Shown one piece after another: positions 29,051-37,906 of a DNA stretch of 64,000 bases. The position numbers were made by a program, and so were the translations under genes. Origin of the DNA: Nitrososphaerota archaeon. Its GTDB lineage: Archaea; Thermoproteota; EX4484-205; JAAOZP01. The stretch spans positions 32,001 to 96,000 of the forward strand of contig JAAOZP010000009.1 in NCBI GenBank assembly GCA_011605725.1, given 5' to 3'. Below the pieces are notes generated by a model that made no database searches, was not told the origin of the DNA, and saw only the letters and a list, made by a program, of their open reading frames with translations. Each line of letters opens with the position of its first letter. Position 1 is the first letter of the stretch.

Positions 29051-29614
29051 ATGGCGGGGTTAAAGAGGCCTAGAGGACCAATAATAATAGTAACAGGCTT
29101 ACACGGGGTTGGCAAATCGACTTTCGCAGCACCACTCGCAAGGGAGTTCAATCTTAAGTATGTTTCAACAGGCTCTGTTTTCCGTTCAATAGCTGAGAAA
29201 AAAGGGTTGACGCTCGCCCAGCTTTCAGAGCTCTGCAAGAAATCCCCAGATTTCGACAAGGAGATTGACAGTGTTACTCTCTCCCTGCTTGACTCTGGCG
29301 GAGTTGTTCTAGACAGCCTTCTAGCAGGATGGTTCGCTAGGAACGTTGAATCCTTCAAAATATATTTGAAGGCTCCTTTCGAGGAAAGGTGTAGGAGGAT
29401 TGCTGCGAGGGAGAAAAGGCCTCTGGAAGAAATAGTCTCCGAGACGATCATCAGGGAGGAGTCTGAGAGGAAAAGGTTCGTTGAATACTATGGTTTTAAC
29501 ATCGATGATTTAAGCATCTACGACATTATTATTGACACGGGGAGTCTCTCACAGGAATCTGTTGATAGAATACTTAAGTTAGCCGTATCCTCCTATTTAA
29601 AGGAGAAATGGTGA
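29051..29614 (+). CDS. cmk: Cytidylate kinase (archaeal type)
   Basis: GLHGVGKST, STGSVFR, DKEID, YDIIIDT. Confidence 0.9.
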   Translation: MAGLKRPRGPIIIVTGLHGVGKSTFAAPLAREFNLKYVSTGSVFRSIAEKKGLTLAQLSELCKKSPDFDKEIDSVTLSLLDSGGVVLDSLLAGWFARNVESFKIYLKAPFEERCRRIAAREKRPLEEIVSETIIREESERKRFVEYYGFNIDDLSIYDIIIDTGSLSQESVDRILKLAVSSYLKEKW

Positions 29615-29621
29615 TGGGGAA

Positions 29622-29915
29622 ATGCCTAGAGAAGTGTTACGACCAGGTAGAATATGCGTGATAACCCGTGGCAGGGATAGGGGGAAGAAATGCGTCGTAG
29701 TGGGAAGCATCGATGATTCCAGAGTTCTCGTAACAGGCCCCAAGGAGTTGAACGGTGTTAAGAGGGGTAGAAAGAATATTCTACACCTTCTGCCTCTTGC
29801 TGAAAACGTCAGAATAAGGGCGAACTCTAAAGATGAGACTGTTCTGGCAGCCCTGGAGAAAAGCGGCTTGAAAGAGTTCATGAGGGAGATTATGAGGATT
29901 GAGGACGCTTGTTGA
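29622..29915 (+). CDS. rpl14e: Ribosomal protein eL14
   Basis: [31 protein letters not shown]. Confidence 0.93.
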   Translation: MPREVLRPGRICVITRGRDRGKKCVVVGSIDDSRVLVTGPKELNGVKRGRKNILHLLPLAENVRIRANSKDETVLAALEKSGLKEFMREIMRIEDAC

Positions 29916-30898
29916 TTTCGTAAGGCTTCGGACGCTGGTTAAGGAGGAGTGTGAAACCGACGAGAAATACGGAGAGTACCCGGATAGGAGGAGCATTTCC
30001 AGGCTTCTGCAGCTGGGGATTGTGAACCTGGATAAGCCTCCGGGGCCCTCGAGCCACGACGTGTCTTCAACAGTTAAAAAGATTCTTAACGTTGAGAAGG
30101 CTGGGCACGCCGGGACCCTTGAAGCAATGGGGAGATCCCGGTGTATCCGGCGTCCTACCGGTATGTCTTAACGACGCCACTAAAACAATAGAATATCTTC
30201 ACATGATGAGTAAAGAGTATGTGGGAGTATGCGAGGTCCACGGGGATTTCGAAGAGAAGGCTTTGCAAAGATGGGTTGAGAAGATGACTGGCCCCATATA
30301 CCAACGTCCTCCAGTGAAATCATCCGTTAAAAGGTCGTTGCGTCGGAGAATTATTGTAAGGTTTACGGTTGAGGATGTTTCCGACAGGAGGTTCGTTTTC
30401 AGAGTTGTAACTGAACCAGGCACGTATGTTAGGAAGCTTCTCCACGACCTTGGTCTGCTTCTAGGAACTGGTGCGCATATGGTTGAGCTTAGAAGAGTTA
30501 GAGACGGTTTTCTAGACGAGGATTCTTCAACGACCCTTCTAGAGCTGTACGCTGCTTGGCATCTCTACTCTGAGAAGGGTGATGAAACTCTTGTCAGAAG
30601 GTTTGTCAAGCCTGTTGAAGAGGCTTTCAAAGGTTTCCCTTCAGTATACATTAAGGATAGCGCGGTTGCAGCAGTTGCCCACGGAGCTCCACTCGCGTCC
30701 CGGGGTGTTTCAAAAATAGACCACCCGCTTTCCAAGGGAGACGTGGTATGCATAAAAACCCTGAAGGGGGAATGCGTGGGCTTCGGTACTCTAACCATGA
30801 GTTCAGACGAGGTTCTGCAGGCTAAGAGCGGGATAGTTGTTTCAGTAGAGAGGGTTGTGATGGATAGGAACCTCTATCCAAAGATGTGGGGAGGATAA
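29899..30898 (+). CDS. cbf5: H/ACA pseudouridine synthase Cbf5, join(29899..30121,30135..30898), 328 aa after splicing
   Basis: Two ORF-track frames join to give DKPPGPSSH...[15 protein letters not shown]...YQRPPVKS...PUA...YPKMW once a 13-nt intron is removed. Confidence 0.93.
30122..30134 (+). other. 13-nt BHB-type archaeal intron in cbf5 pre-mRNA
   Basis: GGGA/TCCC helix, TGA and AGA bulges, central CCCT/GGGG 4-bp helix; removal restores the frame and the catalytic Asp. Confidence 0.88.
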
Positions 30899-30986
30899 TA
30901 GTCTGTTAACCTACCGACTTCTATCCTCATGTTCAGTACCTTGGCTGACAAAGCTTAAAAACATGTTTCCGTGAAAAATCCTGAAT

Positions 30987-31100
30987 GCCGAGGTGCCCGA
31001 ACCTGGCTAAGGGGCAAGCCTGGAGCATGAAACAGTTAAAGCAGTTTCAGAAAGCTTGTGGCCCTCATGGGCCTTAGGGGTTCAAATCCCCTCCTCGGCG
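30987..31100 (+). tRNA. tRNA-Ser(GGA) with about 27-nt canonical 37/38 intron (31026-31052)
   Basis: Acceptor GCCGAGG/CCTCGGC+G, CAAGC-CTGGAG|intron|A-GCTTG, long variable arm, GGTTCAAATCC. Confidence 0.92.
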
Positions 31101-31548
31101 TTTAAATATTTATATCATTTTTTAAATGTGTTAAATCAAGAGTGCTTTAAATAGAGAAGCATAAGATATTTGAGGCGATGTATGAAAAGCCTGAATAATA
31201 CTTCGGAGGCGGACTAACACTGTGTCATCGCTGCCATCATCTCCAGGCCACCGGTCGGATGCTGGTTGGCAGCCGTATCCAGCAAGATTGTAAGCTACAA
31301 GTAATCTGTATGGGGAGTTTAAGATTTATTGCTGATAACAAGGATTGCAGGTCAGCTTATCACACTTACCAGGGTGGGAAACGGAGGAGGTGGAGAGCGC
31401 TTTTAAACAGGTTTCCCCACGCCTCATTAGGAGTAGAATGCTGTTTCAGCATCCGAGCGAGAAATCTTCAAGTTTAACCATGTTTCTCAAGGCTGTTCAG
31501 GCAATAATGTTTATAACCGGCTCCCGGGAAGCCTCATTAAGCCTGCTT

Positions 31549-32028
31549 ATGAGCAACAGGGAGTTTAAGGAGATAGTGCGGATCGCCGGCGTGGATTGCG
31601 ATGGGAAGAGAATGGTATTGGACGGTCTATCACTGGTTAAAGGCATAGGCTGGTCTACTGCCAGGGCGCTATGCATAGCTCTAAACATACCGATGAACAC
31701 TAGGCTTGGCTACTTGTCTGAAGAAGAGGTTTCAAGAATAGAGGCTGCGCTGAACAATCCCAGGTCTCTGAACATACCTGTTTGGATGCTTAACAGGAGA
31801 AGGGATCCTGTAACTGGTGAGGATAAGCACCTTATAACTTCTGACTTGGAGCTTACTCAGAAGATGGATATTGAGAGAATGATGAAGATTAAGTCTTGGA
31901 AGGGCGTTAGACATTCCCTCGGTTTAAAGGTTAGGGGTCAGAGGACTAGGACAACCGGTAGGACCGGTGGGCCAGTTGGTTTTTCAAAAGCCGCTGCTGC
32001 AAAACCCTCTGGAAGCGAGAAAAAGTGA
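31549..32028 (+). CDS. rps13: Ribosomal protein uS13
   Basis: IVRIAG, KGIG, WMLNRRRD, GLKVRGQRTRTTGR. Confidence 0.96.
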   Translation: MSNREFKEIVRIAGVDCDGKRMVLDGLSLVKGIGWSTARALCIALNIPMNTRLGYLSEEEVSRIEAALNNPRSLNIPVWMLNRRRDPVTGEDKHLITSDLELTQKMDIERMMKIKSWKGVRHSLGLKVRGQRTRTTGRTGGPVGFSKAAAAKPSGSEKK

Positions 32029-32034
32029 TGAGAA

Positions 32035-32526
32035 ATGGGTGATCCCCGTAAGATTAGAAGCAAAATCCTGCATCCGAAGCATCCCTGGGTCAAGGAGCGT
32101 CTGACAGAAGAGCTTGTACTCGTAGGGGAGTACGGGTTAAGAAACAAGAGAGAGCTTTGGAGAGCCGCATCCTTCCTGAGAGGCATAAGGGCTTCAGCCC
32201 GTTCCTACTTGAGCCTGACGGGTGAGGAAAGGGTTAAGAGGGAGTCGGAACTCATTTCGAGACTACACAGGCTCGGCCTAGTAAGCAGGGACGCGAAGCT
32301 TGACGATGTTCTCTCCCTGACTGTTTCAAACGTTCTTGAAAGAAGGCTTCAGACGATAGTTTACAGGAAGGGTTTTGCGAAGACTATTCACAGCGCTAGG
32401 CAAGCGATAGTTCACGGCAAGATTATGATAGGTGATCAGGTTGTAAGGTCTCCCAGCTACTTTGTCACGAGAGACGAGGAGCCTCTTGTAAGGGTTAAGA
32501 CAGTTGAGGAGAATAAGGCTGTGTAA
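32035..32526 (+). CDS. rps4: Ribosomal protein uS4
   Basis: MGDPRK, YGLRNKRELW, LERRLQT. Confidence 0.96.
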   Translation: MGDPRKIRSKILHPKHPWVKERLTEELVLVGEYGLRNKRELWRAASFLRGIRASARSYLSLTGEERVKRESELISRLHRLGLVSRDAKLDDVLSLTVSNVLERRLQTIVYRKGFAKTIHSARQAIVHGKIMIGDQVVRSPSYFVTRDEEPLVRVKTVEENKAV

Positions 32527-32745
32527 GCCTTTTCTACCACAGGATTAACCGCTAAAAGCGGTGAATAAAAGGTCTCCAGAATGTTAACCCGGCTGAGGAG
32601 GATGGTTTAAAGCGTATAAGGGGGCGTCACGGCCCTGAGGCGTCGAAAGCAAATCCGACTCAACCATGTCGTTCATAAAGCATTGTTTAAAGTTTTTAAA
32701 CCTGGGGGGCAGGCTTTAAACTGACGAGCTCCTGTTTTCGAAAGT

Positions 32746-33141
32746 CTAGAACCTTCTGCCTCTTCTTCCTCCAGGTTTCCTCGTCCCGTCTGTTGGAATA
32801 GGCGTAACGTCTTCTATCGCGATTATCCTTAACCCGGCTCTTGTTAATGCTCTTATAGCTGCCTGAGCCCCCTGCCCAGGGGTTCTCGACTTTATGCCTC
32901 CTGGAGCCCTAACCCTCACCTTAATGCTTGTTATTCCAATCTTCTTCAAGGCTCCAGCCACAGTGTTCGCTGCCATCATGGCCCCGTATGGGCTTCCTCC
33001 TAAACGATCCGCCTTAACATGCTGGCCGGCTGTGGATACTGCAAGGGTTGACGAGCCGCTTGGATCCGTGGCATGCACTATAGTATTGTTGCTGGAGGAG
33101 TATATTCGTACGACTGCATACTTACCTTGCTCAGTGCTCAC
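32746..33141 (-). CDS. rps11: Ribosomal protein uS11 (inverted relative to cluster)
   Basis: [51 protein letters not shown]. Confidence 0.95.
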   Translation of the reverse strand: MSTEQGKYAVVRIYSSSNNTIVHATDPSGSSTLAVSTAGQHVKADRLGGSPYGAMMAANTVAGALKKIGITSIKVRVRAPGGIKSRTPGQGAQAAIRALTRAGLRIIAIEDVTPIPTDGTRKPGGRRGRRF

Positions 33142-33255
33142 GCAGCAATCCTGCTTAAGGAGGTTAATAAGCGTTCTCCAAGCGGCTTCTTCAACAGTCC
33201 CAGCCTGTGGAAAGCTAACCCTTAAATACCTTCCCCGGAAAAATAGCACGTTAAC

Positions 33256-33942
33256 ATGGATGTAAAGATACTTAGGCTGAGCGACGAGTATCTAGAGGCT
33301 AGGCTGGAAGGATGCTCAGAGGCGCTTGTAAACGCGATTAGAAGAGCTATTCTTGAAGAGGTTCCTACGCTGGCGATTCACGAAGTATTCATATTTGAAA
33401 ACTCCAGCCCCATGTTCGACGAGGTTCTTTCCAACAGGCTTGGCCTAATACCCTTAAGAACCCCGCCTGGGAAATACCTGCCGATGGATTCTCAGGAATG
33501 CCTGCAGGGCTCTAGTGAGAAGTGTTTCACATCGCTTAGCATAGATGTTTCCGCCGGCGACTCTCCTTTGACGGTCTACTCTAAGCATCTCGTCTGCAGA
33601 GATGAAGAGGTCTACCCTGTCTACAGCAACATTCCTATAACCAGGCTTCCCCCAGGCGGGAAGCTTAGGCTGGAGGCAATAGCTAGGCTTGGAAGGGGTA
33701 AGATGCATGCTAAATGGCAGCCAGCCTCCCTGGCTACGTACAGCTTCACAGACTCCCCGGATACGTTCATTTTCAAGCTTGAATCAACGGGTTCTCTGCC
33801 ATCAATAGAGGTCTTCAGACAGGCTCTGGATATTCTGAGAGATAAGTTTAAAACGCTTCTGGATTCTCTCACGCTTCCTGAGGTTGAAGAGAAGCGTGGC
33901 GGCGAGGAGAGTGTTGCTTTCGGTGAGGAAGGCGGCAGGTGA
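33256..33942 (+). CDS. rpoD: RNA polymerase subunit D (Rpo3)
   Basis: NAIRR, VPTLAI, ENSS.MFDE, RLGLIPL, HAKWQP, ESTGSL. Confidence 0.95.
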   Translation: MDVKILRLSDEYLEARLEGCSEALVNAIRRAILEEVPTLAIHEVFIFENSSPMFDEVLSNRLGLIPLRTPPGKYLPMDSQECLQGSSEKCFTSLSIDVSAGDSPLTVYSKHLVCRDEEVYPVYSNIPITRLPPGGKLRLEAIARLGRGKMHAKWQPASLATYSFTDSPDTFIFKLESTGSLPSIEVFRQALDILRDKFKTLLDSLTLPEVEEKRGGEESVAFGEEGGR

Positions 33943-34228
33943 CTCCAGGTTCTGGAAGAGGGTTGAAAGCCTTTTATCCAGACCTAGGAGCAGGCTGGCT
34001 GAGGTTAACGTGGGTAAGATTGCACGTTTAACCCAGAAGGGCGACCGTGTAGTTGTCCCTGGGAAAGTCTTAGGTAAGGGAGAGATTAACCATAGTGTCA
34101 CGATTGCTGCTCTCTCGTTCTCCTCGACCGCGCTAAGTAAGTTGAGGTCAGCCGGATGCAAGGTTATGCGGCTGGACGAGTTCACCATGGTTGAGCAGAA
34201 GGGTTCCGGGGTGAAAATAATTGTCTGA
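33884..34228 (+). CDS. rpl18e: Ribosomal protein eL18
   Basis: EVNVGKI, VVPGKVLGKG, AALSFS. Confidence 0.94.
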   Translation: MKRSVAARRVLLSVRKAAGDSRFWKRVESLLSRPRSRLAEVNVGKIARLTQKGDRVVVPGKVLGKGEINHSVTIAALSFSSTALSKLRSAGCKVMRLDEFTMVEQKGSGVKIIV

Positions 34229-34661
34229 GAAGACTCTTGTGGTTGACGCGACTGACCAGGTTCTCGGAAGAATGTGTTCAATCATAGCTAAGAGGCTTCT
34301 TGAAGGATACAGGGTGTACGTGGTTAACGTCGAGAAAACGAGAATATCTGGAAGCAAGGACCGCTTCATCAGAGAGTATACGGGCTTCCTCGAGGTGAAG
34401 AGTGTTAGAAACCCTAAGCATACGCCTAGACATCCGAGAAACCCGGTGACCTATGTTAGGAGCGTTATAAAAGGTATGCTTCCGATGGATAAGCCAAAAG
34501 GAGTGGAAGCGTTTAGAAGGCTCCGAGTCTACTGTGGCTGGCCGAGTAGTGTTAAGGGTGAAGTCGTAAAGTTTAAGCATGCTGATGCCTCTAGGCTTGG
34601 CAGAAGCTCCTTTACTCTTTCAGATTTAAAAGGGTTTTTCAGTGTTCCGGAGGCTGATTAG
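34221..34661 (+). CDS. rpl13: Ribosomal protein uL13
   Basis: VDATDQVLGR, PRNP, KGMLP. Confidence 0.95.
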   Translation: MSEKTLVVDATDQVLGRMCSIIAKRLLEGYRVYVVNVEKTRISGSKDRFIREYTGFLEVKSVRNPKHTPRHPRNPVTYVRSVIKGMLPMDKPKGVEAFRRLRVYCGWPSSVKGEVVKFKHADASRLGRSSFTLSDLKGFFSVPEAD

Positions 34662-34663
34662 GT

Positions 34664-35077
34664 TTGCCGACTCCTAGAAAACTACCTCTGATTGTAACGG
34701 GTTCTGTCAAGAGCTCAGTAGCTAGAGCTGTTATCAAACAGGGTTCTGGACGCATCATTATAAACGGCTACCCTGCTGAAAACTGGCTTTACAACCCTTA
34801 CAGGATGCTTGCCTTAACGCCTTTGAAACTTCTTCCTGAACAGTTTAAAGATGTTGATGTTGAGGTTAAGGTTGAAGGCGGAGGCCATGCTTCGCAGGCC
34901 AGGGCGGTTATGCAGGCTTTAGCCAGAGGTATTACGCAGTGGACGAGGAGCTCCAGCGTAAGAAATATTTTCAGAATGTTCGACAGGCATCTTCTCTCAG
35001 GAGACCCTCGTAGAAAGGAGCCTAAGAAGTTTGGAGGACCCGGTGCGAGAAGGAGGTTTCAAAAGTCTTACAGGTAG
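34664..35077 (+). CDS. rps9: Ribosomal protein uS9
   Basis: GGGHASQA, DPRRKEPKKFGGPGARRRFQKSYR. Confidence 0.96.
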   Translation: MPTPRKLPLIVTGSVKSSVARAVIKQGSGRIIINGYPAENWLYNPYRMLALTPLKLLPEQFKDVDVEVKVEGGGHASQARAVMQALARGITQWTRSSSVRNIFRMFDRHLLSGDPRRKEPKKFGGPGARRRFQKSYR

Positions 35078-35088
35078 GTGATCACGTT

Positions 35089-35313
35089 TTGATGTTTCCA
35101 GTCAGATGTTTCACGTGCGGCAAGGTAATAGGCCATTTATGGGAGGAGTATCAGAGGAGGGTAGCCTCAGGTGAAGACCCGAAGCACGTGCTCGACTCGC
35201 TCAACGTCACAAGGATCTGTTGCAGACGAATGTTTATTTCCCACGTGGATTATATTGACGAGCTGCTTTCATACTCGCGAGGATTATCTCTGGAGGGGGA
35301 CCATAGGCAATGA
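35089..35313 (+). CDS. rpoN: RNA polymerase subunit N (Rpo10)
   Basis: PVRCFTCGK, CCRRM. Confidence 0.96.
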   Translation: MMFPVRCFTCGKVIGHLWEEYQRRVASGEDPKHVLDSLNVTRICCRRMFISHVDYIDELLSYSRGLSLEGDHRQ

Positions 35314-35948
35314 GCAGCAGTGAGAAAAGCGGGGAAGGATTATTGATTCTGAGAACAGAGTACATTGCCGCAGGCGTCCATATAGGAACCAAGGTTTGCA
35401 CCGTCTGCATGAGGCGTTTCGTAAGATTCACCAGGCCTGACGGGCTGAACCTGATCGAGATCTCCCAGACAGATGAGAAGATCAGGATTGCCGGCAAAGG
35501 GTTATCCAGATATGATCCGGGTGACGTTATAATCGTGTCCGGCAAAGAGTATGGGAGAACACCTGTTCTTAAAATGTGCGAGTACACTGGTTTTAAACCT
35601 ATTGTTGAAAGGTTTCCGCCAGGGATTTTCTCCAACCCGAAGTATGAAGGCTATATTTCTCCGAAGATAATTCTTGTTTCAGATCCTAAGGTTGACGAGA
35701 AGGCTATTCGAGAAGCAACGCTTATCGGAATACCTGTGATAGGTATATGTGACACTGACGATTCCTGTTCTTACATAGACCTCATCATTCCAGCTAACAA
35801 CAAGGGTCGCAGCTCCCTAGCCCTAGTCTTCTGGCTTCTCACTAGAGAAGTTCTTAGAAACAAGGGAGTGCTCTCTCCAACTGAAAGCATGAGCGAAAAC
35901 TTTCATGCTTTCGAAACTCAGATGGAAGAGGCTGCGGAGACAGTCTAA
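35310..35948 (+). CDS. rps2: Ribosomal protein uS2
   Basis: AAGVHIGT, RFPPG, DTD, IPANNKGR. Confidence 0.96.
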   Translation: MSSSEKSGEGLLILRTEYIAAGVHIGTKVCTVCMRRFVRFTRPDGLNLIEISQTDEKIRIAGKGLSRYDPGDVIIVSGKEYGRTPVLKMCEYTGFKPIVERFPPGIFSNPKYEGYISPKIILVSDPKVDEKAIREATLIGIPVIGICDTDDSCSYIDLIIPANNKGRSSLALVFWLLTREVLRNKGVLSPTESMSENFHAFETQMEEAAETV

Positions 35949-35949
35949 C

Positions 35950-36795
35950 ATGGTTAGGGTTAGAAAGCCAGCATACGCTGGAAGCTGGTATGAGGGCACT
36001 AAGGAAAGTCTCTTAGCGCAGCTTCATGGTCTTTTCAAGGGTAGGCTAGGGTACGGAGGCCTCCCGGTTCTGGGGGAGTATGATCCACGGCTGCTTGGCC
36101 TGATGGTTCCGCATGCTGGCTACGTTTACTCAGGCATGGCCGCCACATGGGCCTATGGCGAGGCTGCTAAGCATGGTCCGAGAGACATTGTGGTGGTAAT
36201 GGGGCCTGACCACCATATGGCTTCCTCAGGCTTCGCTACAATGAGCGAGGGCGTGTGGCGTACTCCGCTTGGTGACGTTGAGGTTGACAGGCAGACGGTG
36301 AGCCTACTGCTCAGCTCCGCGCCATTCGTTGAGGATAGTTTTCACGCTCATGCTTTCGAACACTCTGTTGAAATACAGCTTCCGTTTCTCCAGCTTATTT
36401 ACGGCAGCTCGTTCAAGCTTATCCCGATAATAATACATGATTTCAACCTTGACAGGAACATTATGCTTGGAAAAGCGTTATACAAGGCTCTTGAAGGGAA
36501 AAAGGCTATCGTGCTTGCAAGCTCAGATATGAGCCATTATGTTCCAGCCAGAGAGGCTGAGGAGAATGATATGAAGACTATTAGAGCGATAGAGTCGCTG
36601 GATGAAAAGCTGGTTCATTCCGTCGCCGTCAACTATGAGTCGCTCTGCGGCCTAGGTCCAGTCATAGCTCTAGTCTCATGCGTGAAAGAGATGGGGTGCT
36701 CCAGAGCCACCTTGTTAAAATATTACTCTTCAGGAGAAATTACTGCTGACTACGGTGGTGTAGTGGGATACGCCTCAGTAGCCTTCTTTAAGTGA
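35950..36795 (+). CDS. MEMO1-family protein (AmmeMemoRadiSam protein B)
   Basis: RKPAYAGSWY, PHAGYVYSG, WRTPLG, EHSVEIQLPFLQ, ASSDMSHY, VVGYAS. Confidence 0.92.
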   Translation: MVRVRKPAYAGSWYEGTKESLLAQLHGLFKGRLGYGGLPVLGEYDPRLLGLMVPHAGYVYSGMAATWAYGEAAKHGPRDIVVVMGPDHHMASSGFATMSEGVWRTPLGDVEVDRQTVSLLLSSAPFVEDSFHAHAFEHSVEIQLPFLQLIYGSSFKLIPIIIHDFNLDRNIMLGKALYKALEGKKAIVLASSDMSHYVPAREAEENDMKTIRAIESLDEKLVHSVAVNYESLCGLGPVIALVSCVKEMGCSRATLLKYYSSGEITADYGGVVGYASVAFFK

Positions 36796-36801
36796 ACAGG
36801 G

Positions 36802-37758
36802 TTGAAAATAGTTTGTAATGCTCCTGCTAAGGTAATAATTTCCGGAGAGCACGCTGTAGTATATGGCCACCCTGCCCTAGTGGCCGCGGTCAACGTTTAC
36901 TCTAAGGTTTCTGTCGAGGCGTTTGACGAGATCGGTGCCCACGAAATATTCTCCGAAAAGTATGGGTTTGCGAAGATGATAGGGAGGGCTTTCTCAGGGC
37001 CCAGCCAGCTGAAGCCCTTCGCTAGAATCATAGATGTTTTCAGGGATTCTGAAGGGTTTAAAGGCAGGCTCAGGGTTCGCATAAGCTCTGAGATTCCCCC
37101 CGCTTCAGGAATGGGTTCTTCAGCATCATTGTCCGTCGCGCTGGCTAATGCACTGCTTAAACTGGTTTACGATAAGCCTAGTGACGAGAAGGTGTTCAGC
37201 CTCGCCATGGAAGGGGAGAGGGTTGCTCATGTTAACCCGAGTGGCGTGGATGTGGCTGCAGCACTCTGGGGAGGTCTAATCCTGTTCGTTAAGGATAAGG
37301 GTGTTGAACGGCTTGAGGCTGGGCAGGGAGTATTCCTGCTAGCAGACTCAGGCTTGGAGCGGAATACTAAGGATATGATTATGAAGGTGGCTTCGCTCAA
37401 AGATAGGGAGCCGGATCTCTTCAACATAATAATGGCTTCCGTAAGCAATATCACGCTCAGGATAAGCCGCCTCCTTCAGACGGATATTGCTGAGGCAGGC
37501 AGGCTCATGACTCTGAACCATCTCCTCCTATCCCTAATGGGTGTTTCAAACAGTAGGCTGGACTCGCTGGTGTGGGCGAGCATATCTGCCGGCGCGTACG
37601 GCGCTAAGCTAACCGGCGGGGGCGGCGGTGGATGTGTCCTAGCCCTAGTCGACGAGAAATCCCTGGGCGCTGTTGAAGAGGCCCTACACAATCTGGATGC
37701 CCCCACAATGGTTTTAAGAATGGTTGAGAAAGGAGTTTACTCGGAGGAATTAGAATAG
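36802..37758 (+). CDS. mvk: Mevalonate kinase
   Basis: APAKVIISGEHAVVYG, GMGSSAS, PSGVD, KLTGGGGGGC. Confidence 0.92.
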   Translation: MKIVCNAPAKVIISGEHAVVYGHPALVAAVNVYSKVSVEAFDEIGAHEIFSEKYGFAKMIGRAFSGPSQLKPFARIIDVFRDSEGFKGRLRVRISSEIPPASGMGSSASLSVALANALLKLVYDKPSDEKVFSLAMEGERVAHVNPSGVDVAAALWGGLILFVKDKGVERLEAGQGVFLLADSGLERNTKDMIMKVASLKDREPDLFNIIMASVSNITLRISRLLQTDIAEAGRLMTLNHLLLSLMGVSNSRLDSLVWASISAGAYGAKLTGGGGGGCVLALVDEKSLGAVEEALHNLDAPTMVLRMVEKGVYSEELE

Positions 37759-37906
37759 AAGACTTTTCTGAATCGCAAACCGCGTCTTAGGATTCCGCTT
37801 CCCTTCAAAATGCATGGGGTTTCGAATACCCGGCGATATGCAGTAACCAGTATAAATCAGGCTAGGCCTCAGCACCGCGTCCCGCACGATGCGTCACGAG
37901 TCTGGT

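Noticed and set aside
29899-30898. cbf5 as a frameshifted pseudogene or programmed frameshift
   Set aside because: A precise BHB intron explains both the frame change and the extra 13 nt
32721-32745. Hammerhead-like CTGACGA...CGAAA
   Set aside because: Stem II cannot form and there is no stem I/III with a cleavage triplet
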